Origin: an uncultured Candidatus Binatia bacterium
GTDB taxonomy: Bacteria > Desulfobacterota > Binatia > UBA9968 > JAJDTQ01
Assembly (NCBI GenBank): GCA_965242525.1
Contig: OZ251459.1
Coordinates: forward strand, 4,000,001 to 4,064,000
Length of the DNA stretch: 64,000 bases
Reading direction: 5' to 3'
A model generated the notes under the pieces. It saw only the letters and a list, made by a program, of their open reading frames with translations, was not told where the DNA came from and did no database searches. Of this stretch, positions 1-8,000 are shown piece after piece. Within the stretch, counting starts at the first letter, position 1. Each line of letters begins with the position of its first letter. Both the position numbers and the translations under genes were made by a program.

Positions 1-21
1 AGCTCTGAGCCCCGGGGGCCC

Positions 22-1890
22 ATGCAGTCGGACCGTCCCATGAACGCGCAGGAGGACCGGGAGAACGTTTCCGGCAAGGCCTACGACGCGGAGCTGGCCC
101 GGCGCCTGTGGCGTTTCCTCCGGCCCCACCGGAAGGTCTTCTTCCTGTCGCTGCTGCTGCTCCCGGCGCACCAGTTCTTCAACCTGCTCCAGCCGCTGCT
201 GCTCAAGGCCGGCATCGACGCGGTGGGGGCGGGCGACGGCGCCGCGCTGTTCGCCACCGGCGCGCTCTTCTTCGGCGCGCTGCTGGCCGAGGCCGGGGCC
301 TACTTCTTCCAGTACTACCTGTCCATGCTGGTGGCCCAGCGCTCCCTCTCCGACCTCCGGGTGGAGATGTTCGCCCACGTGCAGCGGTTGCCCATGAGCT
401 ACTTCGACCGCAACCCGGTGGGCCGGGTCATGACCCGCATGACCACGGACGTGGACGTGCTGCAGGAGATGTTCGCCGCCGGCGCCCTGAACCTGGTGGC
501 GGACGTGGTCCTCATCGCGGCCATCGTCGCCATCATGCTCTGGCTCCACCCGTGGCTGGCGCTGGTGTCGCTGGTGTTGATCCCGGTCCTCCTGCTGGCC
601 ATCAACGTCTTCCGCCTCAAGGCGCGGCGCGCCTACCGCCTGATCCGGAGCCGCATCGCCCGGGTCAACGCCTACCTCGGAGAGGCCATTCCGGGCATGG
701 CCGTGATCCAGCTCTTCAACCGCCAGGACCGGAGCTTCCGGGAGTTCGACGACCTCAATCGGTCCCACCGGGACGCCATCCAGCAGTCCAACGTGTACGA
801 GGCGTCGCTGTTCTCCATGGTCGAGGCAGCGGGCTCCTTGAGCATCGCGCTGCTGCTCTGGTACGGCGGCGGCGAGGTGCTGGAGGGAGTCGTGGGCATC
901 GGGACCTTCGTGGCGTTCAGCGAGTACATCCGCCGGTTGTTCGTGCCGTTGCGGGACTTCAGCAACAAGTACGCGGTGATCCAGGCGGCCATGACCGCGG
1001 CCGAGCGGGTCTTCGAGTTGCTGGACACGCCCCGGGAGGCGCCGGGCCGGCCCGCTCCCGCGGGGGCGGCCGCGGTCCCCGCGGTGGTCAACCCGCGCCG
1101 GGGCTCGGTGGAGTTCGACCGCGTCTGGTTCGGCTACCGCCCCGGCGACCCGGTGCTCAAGGGGGTCTCCTTCATGGTCGAACCCGGCGAGAGGGTGGCG
1201 GTGGTGGGCGCCACCGGCTCCGGCAAGACCACCGCGGTCAAGCTCATGGGCCGGTTCTACGACGTGGACCGGGGCGCGGTGCGCATGGGCGGCCGGGACG
1301 TGCGGGACTGGGACCTCGACGCCCTGCGGCGCCGCATGGGGGTGGTGCTCCAGGACGTCTTCCTGTTCTCCGGGGACATCCTCTCGAACCTCCGGCTGGG
1401 CGCCCGGGACGTCTCCGAAGAACGGGTCCTGGCGGCCGTGCGCAGCGCCAACGCCGAGGGCTTCGTCCGGCGCCTGCCCGGCGGCTTGCGCGCCCACCTG
1501 AACGAGCGGGGCGGCAACCTGTCCGCGGGACAGCGGCAACTCCTGGCCCTGGTGCGGATGTTCGTCCTCGACCCGGAAGTCCTGGTCCTGGACGAGGCCA
1601 CCTCCAGCGTGGATACCGAGACCGAGGTCCTGGTGCAGGGGGCCTTCGAGAAGGTCATGGCCAACCGCACCTGCCTGGTCATCGCGCACCGTCTGTCCAC
1701 GGTCCGCAACGCGGACCGCATCGTGGTCTTCCACCGGGGCGTGATACGCGAGACCGGCTCCCACGACCGGTTGATGGAAAGGCGCGGGGTCTATTACCGG
1801 CTCCACCAGTTGCAGTTCCAGGGACAGGACGGGGCCGAGGACCCGGAAACCCCGGATCCGGACTTGGCCCCGGTCCAGCCGCCCCGTTAG
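22..1890 (+). CDS. ABC transporter, fused permease/ATP-binding protein (MsbA/MdlB-like exporter)
   Basis: N-terminal TM helices; Walker A GATGSGKT, signature LSAGQRQ, Walker B VLVLDEATS, H-loop IAHRLST. Confidence 0.95.
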   Translation: MQSDRPMNAQEDRENVSGKAYDAELARRLWRFLRPHRKVFFLSLLLLPAHQFFNLLQPLLLKAGIDAVGAGDGAALFATGALFFGALLAEAGAYFFQYYLSMLVAQRSLSDLRVEMFAHVQRLPMSYFDRNPVGRVMTRMTTDVDVLQEMFAAGALNLVADVVLIAAIVAIMLWLHPWLALVSLVLIPVLLLAINVFRLKARRAYRLIRSRIARVNAYLGEAIPGMAVIQLFNRQDRSFREFDDLNRSHRDAIQQSNVYEASLFSMVEAAGSLSIALLLWYGGGEVLEGVVGIGTFVAFSEYIRRLFVPLRDFSNKYAVIQAAMTAAERVFELLDTPREAPGRPAPAGAAAVPAVVNPRRGSVEFDRVWFGYRPGDPVLKGVSFMVEPGERVAVVGATGSGKTTAVKLMGRFYDVDRGAVRMGGRDVRDWDLDALRRRMGVVLQDVFLFSGDILSNLRLGARDVSEERVLAAVRSANAEGFVRRLPGGLRAHLNERGGNLSAGQRQLLALVRMFVLDPEVLVLDEATSSVDTETEVLVQGAFEKVMANRTCLVIAHRLSTVRNADRIVVFHRGVIRETGSHDRLMERRGVYYRLHQLQFQGQDGAEDPETPDPDLAPVQPPR

Positions 1891-1913
1891 CGGGAGTCCA
1901 CGGGAGTCGGATC

Positions 1914-3014
1914 ATGGTTGGCAAGCTCCGGCGGCTCCTCCCCGCCTTTCTGCTCCTGGCCCTCTGCGGCTGCTCTCCGGGATACGTCCTGCGCGCCGCG
2001 TACGAAGAGGCCCGGATCCAGTGGCGCGCCGAACCCATCGCCGCGGTCCTGGAACGGGGCGAGGTGGACCAGGACGTCCGCGGCAAGCTCCGGATGGTGC
2101 TGGAGGTCCGGGACTTCGCCGCCCGGGACCTCGGCCTGAACGTGGGCGGCAGCTACGCCGCCTATTCCCGTGTGGACCGGGAGGTGCTGCTGCACGTGCT
2201 CAGCGCGGCGCCCAAAACCTCCCTGGAGCCCTACACCTGGTGGTTCCCGTTCGTGGGCCGGGTCCCCTACAAGGGCTACTTCGACGGGAGCGCCGCCCGG
2301 CGGGAAGCCGAGTCCCTCGCGGCCCGGGGATACGACACCCACGTCCGCCCGGCGAGCGCCTTCAGCACCCTGGGCTGGCTGGACGACCCGCTGCTCCGCC
2401 GCCTGCTGGCGCTGGACCGGGTGGCGTTGGCCGAGGTGGTGCTGCACGAGCTCCTCCACAACACCCTGTTCGTGGCCGGCGCCGCGGCGTTCAACGAAAG
2501 CCTGGCCAACTTCGTCGGCAAGACCGGCGCCGCGGAGTTCTTCGCCCGGCGCCGCGGCCCCGGCAGCCCCGAGGCCCGGAGAGCCCGGCAGGCGTGGCGG
2601 CATGAGGTCGAGTTCTCCTGCATGATGATGGAGTTGGCGGGGCGCCTGCGGCGGCTCTACCGGGGGCCGGCGCCGGAGGCCGAGAAGCTGGCCCGCCGGG
2701 AACAGGCGTTCGCCCGGGCCCAACGGCGGTGGGGCCGGCGGCTCGCCGGAAGGCCGGGCCACCGGCACGCCTGGTTCAGCCGCGCGGCCCTGGACAACGC
2801 CGTGGTCCTGCAGCACCTGCTCTACGTCACCCACCTGGCGCGGTTCGACGAGCTCTACCGCCGGCACGGCGGGCGTCTGTCCCGGTCCATCGAGGCCATC
2901 GGCCATGCCCTGCGGGAAGCCGCGGACCCGTTCGACACGCTGCCGCCCCCGGCCGGACCCGTCCGCGGGACCGGGGAGGCCGCCGTGTCTCCCGCCCTCT
3001 GCGAGGCGTCGTGA
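1914..3014 (+). CDS. putative zinc aminopeptidase lipoprotein (DUF2265-like)
   Basis: Lipobox-like LLLALCGC; motifs WWFPFVGRVPYKGYF, AFSTLGWLDDP, HELLH...FNES; ATG at 1914 in the 108..3014 frame. Confidence 0.8.
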   Translation: MVGKLRRLLPAFLLLALCGCSPGYVLRAAYEEARIQWRAEPIAAVLERGEVDQDVRGKLRMVLEVRDFAARDLGLNVGGSYAAYSRVDREVLLHVLSAAPKTSLEPYTWWFPFVGRVPYKGYFDGSAARREAESLAARGYDTHVRPASAFSTLGWLDDPLLRRLLALDRVALAEVVLHELLHNTLFVAGAAAFNESLANFVGKTGAAEFFARRRGPGSPEARRARQAWRHEVEFSCMMMELAGRLRRLYRGPAPEAEKLARREQAFARAQRRWGRRLAGRPGHRHAWFSRAALDNAVVLQHLLYVTHLARFDELYRRHGGRLSRSIEAIGHALREAADPFDTLPPPAGPVRGTGEAAVSPALCEAS

Positions 3015-3343
3015 AGAAGGTCTCCGCCATCCTCCGGCTGCGCTGCCCGCGCTGCACGGACGGGCGCATCTTCGCCAGCCTCTTCGGCATGAACCGCGCC
3101 TGCCCCGTCTGCGGCCTCGAGTTCGAGCGGGAGCAGGGGTACTTCGTCGGCGCCATGTACTTCGGTTACGCCCTGTCCATCGCCGCGGTCCTGCCGGTGG
3201 TGGCGGCCATGGTGCTGCTGGACTACGCGGCCGCCTCCATCTACGTTGCCGCGTGCCTGGTGCTGGTTGTCGCCTCCCCGTTCCTGTTCCGTTATTCCCG
3301 GGTGCTGTGGATCCACCTGGACTACGTGATCGACCCGAGATAG
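3011..3343 (+). CDS. DUF983-family small membrane protein with Zn-ribbon
   Basis: CPRC...CPVC, EREQGYFVGAMY, two TM segments; GTG start overlaps the upstream stop (GTGA). Confidence 0.75.
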   Translation: MKKVSAILRLRCPRCTDGRIFASLFGMNRACPVCGLEFEREQGYFVGAMYFGYALSIAAVLPVVAAMVLLDYAAASIYVAACLVLVVASPFLFRYSRVLWIHLDYVIDPR

Positions 3344-3363
3344 CCCGATGGCGAGAGGGTTCG

Positions 3364-3643
3364 GGGACCTGTGAACGATCGGCACAGGGGACATGAGCGC
3401 GTCCTTCGACTTCGCTTCGCTACGCTCAGGACGAACGGAGGACTTCGCGTACGCCCCATCCCCGTCATTCCCGCGAAAGCGGGAATCCATCCGGTTTCCT
3501 GGCAAGGTCTGGATTCCCGCTTTCGCGGGAATGACGATGGGTGGGCGTCTGCGGGGATGACGGGATGGGGAGTGTCGCAAACCACACGAATTCAGGAAGC
3601 GCCCGGGAATCCCTCCCGGAGGTCTCGATCGTTCGGAGGTTCC
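3364..3643. mobile_element. MITE-B copy (GGAACCTCTG-type TIRs) containing REP2 and a REP1 doublet
   Basis: Ends gggacctgtgaacgatcg ... cgatcgttcggaggttcc; internal ccttcgacttcgcttcgctacgctcaggacgaacgg; inverted cgtcattcccgcgaaagcgggaatcc pair at 3463-3536. Confidence 0.7.
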
Positions 3644-3644
3644 C

Positions 3645-4103
3645 TTGAAGTTCGCCGCGGACAGGATGTTGGGACGGTTGGCCAAGTGGCTGCGGGTCAT
3701 CGGCCAGGACGTGGTCCACGGTCGGCACCTGTGGGGCAGGGGGCTGGTGCGGGCCGCGGCCCGGGAGCGGAGGGTCATCCTGACCCGGGACCGCAGGCTG
3801 TCCCGCCGGAACCCGGACCGGTGCATCTTCATCCGGGACCACCACTTCAGGGGCCAGTTGCGGCAGGTGGTGGAGGCCTGCGGGCTGGACCCTTTCGCCG
3901 CCCTCCTGACCCGCTGCGTCGAGTGCAACGGGCTGCTCCGGCCCGTCCCCAGGGAACGGGTGGAAGACGCCGTTCCCGCCTACGTCTTCGAGACCCGGGA
4001 GACCTTTTCGGTCTGTCCGGGCTGCCGCCGGGTCTTCTGGCCCGCCACCCACCGGCAACACATGCTGGACGAGCTCGCGCGCATGGGATTCGGGAACCTC
4101 TGA
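3645..4103 (+). CDS. Mut7-C RNase domain protein (DUF82/PIN-like)
   Basis: KFAADRMLGRLAKWLR, ILTRDRRL, RCVECNG, CPGCRRVFWPATH. Confidence 0.9.
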   Translation: MKFAADRMLGRLAKWLRVIGQDVVHGRHLWGRGLVRAAARERRVILTRDRRLSRRNPDRCIFIRDHHFRGQLRQVVEACGLDPFAALLTRCVECNGLLRPVPRERVEDAVPAYVFETRETFSVCPGCRRVFWPATHRQHMLDELARMGFGNL

Positions 4104-4290
4104 ACAATCGGGGGAGCAAGAGCGCGTCCTTCGACTTCGCTTGCGCTACGCTCAGGACGAACGGAGGGACTCCGCTTGCGCCACGCTCGGGACGAACGGA
4201 AGGCTCCGCTTCGCTACGCTCAGGATGAACGGGGACAGGAGGGGAGGGTGAGGGAATCCACCCTGGATGTCTCGATTGTTCAGGTGTTCC
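4093..4290. mobile_element. MITE-B copy with 3 tandem REP2 units
   Basis: ggaacctctgaacaatcg ... cgattgttcaggtgttcc; flanks ttcg/tttg. Confidence 0.75.
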
Positions 4291-4398
4291 TTTGGTTGAT
4301 CCGCGGCATCGTCTTGATTTTTCGGATGTCGAGAGGTATTATGAAGGGCCTGTAAACAGGGACAGGCTACCGTGCTATCATACTGTTATACTGTTATG

Positions 4399-4424
4399 CC
4401 CCCCCCCCCCCCCCCCCCCCCCCC
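4399..4424. repeat. poly-C homopolymer (26 nt)
   Basis: Counted directly in the sequence. Confidence 0.9.
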
Positions 4425-4678
4425 GTCATTCCCGCGAAAGCGGGAATCCAGACCTTGCGAGCAAACCTCATGGCGCCCTATGAAGGAACCTCTGGACAAT
4501 CGCGACAGAGGGTATGAGCACGTCCTTCGACTCCGCTTCGCTACGCTCAGGACGAACGGGGATAGGGGTGTCAGGGTGGGAGAATCGGGGTCCATCCTGG
4601 AGGTCCCGATCGTTCAGATGTTCCTGAAGTGGATTCCCGCCCCCGCTTCCGCGAGGACATGCTTTCGCGGGAATGACG
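4424..4678. repeat. REP1 inverted doublet interrupted by a MITE-B (4485-4624, TSD TGAA)
   Basis: cgtcattcccgcgaaagcgggaatcc ... tgaa[ggaacctctggacaatcg...cgttcagatgttcc]tgaa ... gctttcgcgggaatgacg. Confidence 0.8.
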
Positions 4679-4704
4679 GGATGGGAGTGTCACAACCCAC
4701 ACAA

Positions 4705-4813
4705 GGAAACCTTGAACGATTACCCCGTTCATCCTGAGCGTAGCGAAGCGAAGTCGAAGGATGCGCTTTCCCACAGGGAGATGGAGTTCGAGCCGAAATT
4801 GTTCAGAGTTTCC
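4705..4813. mobile_element. MITE-B copy, TSD ACAA
   Basis: acaa[ggaaaccttgaacgat...aattgttcagagtttcc]acaa with internal REP2. Confidence 0.8.
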
Positions 4814-4931
4814 ACAAAGCGCGTGCGGACGACCAGGAGGGAACCAATGACGATTGCCGCTTCCGACCCGTTGCTCACGGCCGGTTGTCTCGACCGGGGA
4901 CGAGGCGTTCGCGGAGCGCCTTCCCGCAACT

Positions 4932-4963
<32 letters not shown>

Positions 4964-5007
4964 GGTCCGGGAGATACGGCAATGGCGCACCGTGGGAGGG
5001 TAAGACA

Positions 5008-8000
5008 ATGAGGTCCCGTCGCATCGTCAGCCTGCTGGCTCTGACCGTCTTCGCCGCCGCGGCGTTCGCAGCCGTCCCCCGCGACGCGGAGGCGACGTGC
5101 TCTGAGGCTTCCCACACCATATCGAACCTCCAGGTCACGTCGAAGACCCAAACCTCGATCTCGTACTCATGGAGCCGGCCAGCGTGCGCCACCGGCAACG
5201 CTCGATACAGGGTTGCTCAGCCCCGGCCCGGCGGCCATGATTTTCTCACTCGTACCCCCGCTAGCTCAGCGGCGACTCTCACATATACGAGGACCGGGCT
5301 GAGTCCCGGCACGAGTTACTCGACCACGGTACGGTTGGAGAATAGCTCAATCGATCGTACCGGTTGGGCGACGACCGTGACCACCACGACCAACGCGCCG
5401 CCGCCGGGCGCGCCGAGCGGGGTGACGGTGACGCCGGGGGTGCAGAGCCTCGTGGTGTCCTGGACCGCCGGGACCAACGCGAACGGCTACAAGGTGCAGT
5501 GGAAGTCCGGGAGCCAGGCCTACGACACCTCCACCCGGCAGGCGACGTCCACCAGCACGAGCTACACCATCAGCAGCCTGACCGGGGGCACGGAATACAC
5601 GGTGCGGGTCATCTCCACCCGCACGGGCGCCTCCGACAGCGCGGCCTCCTCGGAAGAGACCGGGACGCCGCAGTACCCGGCCGCGGCCGTGCCGAGCGGG
5701 GTGACGGTGACGCCGGCGTTGAGCAGCCTGGTGGTCTCCTGGACCGCCTCGGCCAACGCGAGCGGCTACAAGGTGCAGTGGAAGTCCGGGAGCCAAGTGT
5801 ACAACACCGGCGACCGGCAGGCGACGGTGACCACCGGCACGAGCTACACCATCACCGGCCTGACCGCGGGCGTGTCCTACGACGTGCAGGTCATCGCCAC
5901 CCGCTCGAACGCCCCGGACAGCGCGGCCTCCACGGAAACGAGCGGGATAGCCCAGTACCCGGCCGCGGGCGTGCCGGGCAGCGTGACGGTGGCGCCGGCG
6001 GTGCAGAGCCTCACGGTCTCCTGGACCGCCGCGACCAACGCGGACGGCTACAAGGTGCAGTGGAAGTCCGGGGCCCAGGCGTACGACGCCGCCACCCGGC
6101 AGGCGACGGCCACCGGCACGAGCCATACCATCACCGGCCTGACCGGGGGCACGGAATACACGGTGCGGGTCATCGCCACCCGCACGAACGCCCCGGACGG
6201 CACGGCCTCCTCGGAAGCGACCGGGACGCCCCAGTACCCGGCCGCGGGCGTGCCGGGCAGCGTGACGGTGGCGCCGGCGGTGCAGAGCCTCACGGTCTCC
6301 TGGACCGCCGGGGCCAACGCGAACGGGTACAAGGTGCAGTGGAAGTCCGGGGCCCAGGCGTACGACGCCGCCACCCGGCAGGCGACCACCACCGGCACGA
6401 GCTACACCATCACCGGCCTGACCGCGGGCACGTCCTACGACGTGCGGGTCATCGCCACCCGCACGAACGCCCCGGACGGCACGGCCTCCTCGGAAGAGAC
6501 CGGGACGCCACAGCATCCGGCCGCGGGCGTGCCGAGCGGGGTGACGGTGACGCCGGCGGTGGGCAGCCTCGTGGTCTCCTGGACCGCTGCGGCCAACGCG
6601 AACGGCTACAAGGTGCAGTGGAAGTCCGGGATCGAGGCGTACAACACCGGCGACCGGCAGGCGACGTCCACCAGCACGAGCCACACCATCAGCAGCCTGA
6701 CTGCGGGCACGGAATACACGGTTCGTGTCATCGCCACCCGCACGAACGCCCCGGACAGCGCGGCCTCCTCGGAAAGGACCGGGACGGCCCAGTACGCGGC
6801 CGCGGGCGTGCCGAGCGGGGTGACGGTGACGCCGGCGGTGGAGAGCCTCACGGTCTCCTGGACCGCTGCGACCAACGCGAACGGCTACAAGGTGCAGTGG
6901 AAGTCCGGGAGCGAGGCGTACAACACCTCCTCCCGGCAGGCGACGGTGACCAGCGGCACGAGCTACACCATCACGGGCCTGACCGGGGGCACGTCCTACG
7001 ACGTGCGTGTCATCTCCACCCGCACGAACGCCCCGGACAGCGCGGCCTCCTCGGACACGAGCGGGACGGCCCAGTCGCCGCCGCCGGGCGCGCCGGGCGG
7101 GGTGACGGTGACGCCGGCGGTGGCCAGCCTCATCGTTTCCTGGAACGCGGTGACCGGCGCGAACGGGTACAAGGTGCAGTGGAAGTCCGGGAGCCAGATG
7201 TACGACGCTTCCGCGCGGCAGGGGACGACCACCGGCACGAGCCACACCATCACCGGCCTGACCGCGGGCACGGAATACGACGTGCAGGTCATCGCCACCC
7301 ACACGAACGCCCCGGACAGCGCGGCCTCCGGGGAAGTGAGCGAGACGCCCCAGCAGCCGGCCGCGGGGGCGCCGAGCGGGGTGACGGCGACGCCGGCGGT
7401 GGAGAGCCTCGCGGTCTCCTGGACTGCCGGGACCAACGCGAACGGCTACAAGGTGCAGTGGAAGTCCGGGAGCCAGGGGTACGACGCCGCCACCCGGCAG
7501 GCGACGGTGAGCAGCGGCACGAGCTACACCATCACCAGCCTGACCGGGGGCACGGAATACACGATACGGGTCATCTCCACCCGCACGAACGCCCCGGACA
7601 GCGCGGCCTCCTCGGAAGAGACCGGGATACCCCAGCAGCCGCCTCCGGGCGTGCCGAGCAACGTGCGGGCGGCGCCGGCCGGGCTGACCAGCCTCACCGT
7701 TTCCTGGGACGCGGTGACCGGCGCGAGCGGCTACAAGGTGCAGTGGAAGTCCGGGGCCCAGGTGTACGACACTTCCGCGCGGCAGGAGACGGCTACCGGC
7801 ACGAGCCACGTCATCACCGGCCTGACCCAGGGCACGGAATATACGGTGCGGGTCATCACCACCAACACGAACGCCCCGGACAGCGCGGCCTCTGCGGAAG
7901 CGACCGGGACGCCGACGCTGCCGCCGCCGGCGCAAGTGACGGTGGCGCCGGCGGCGGACAGCCCCACCGACAGCCTCGCGGTTTCCTGGAGCGCGGTGGC

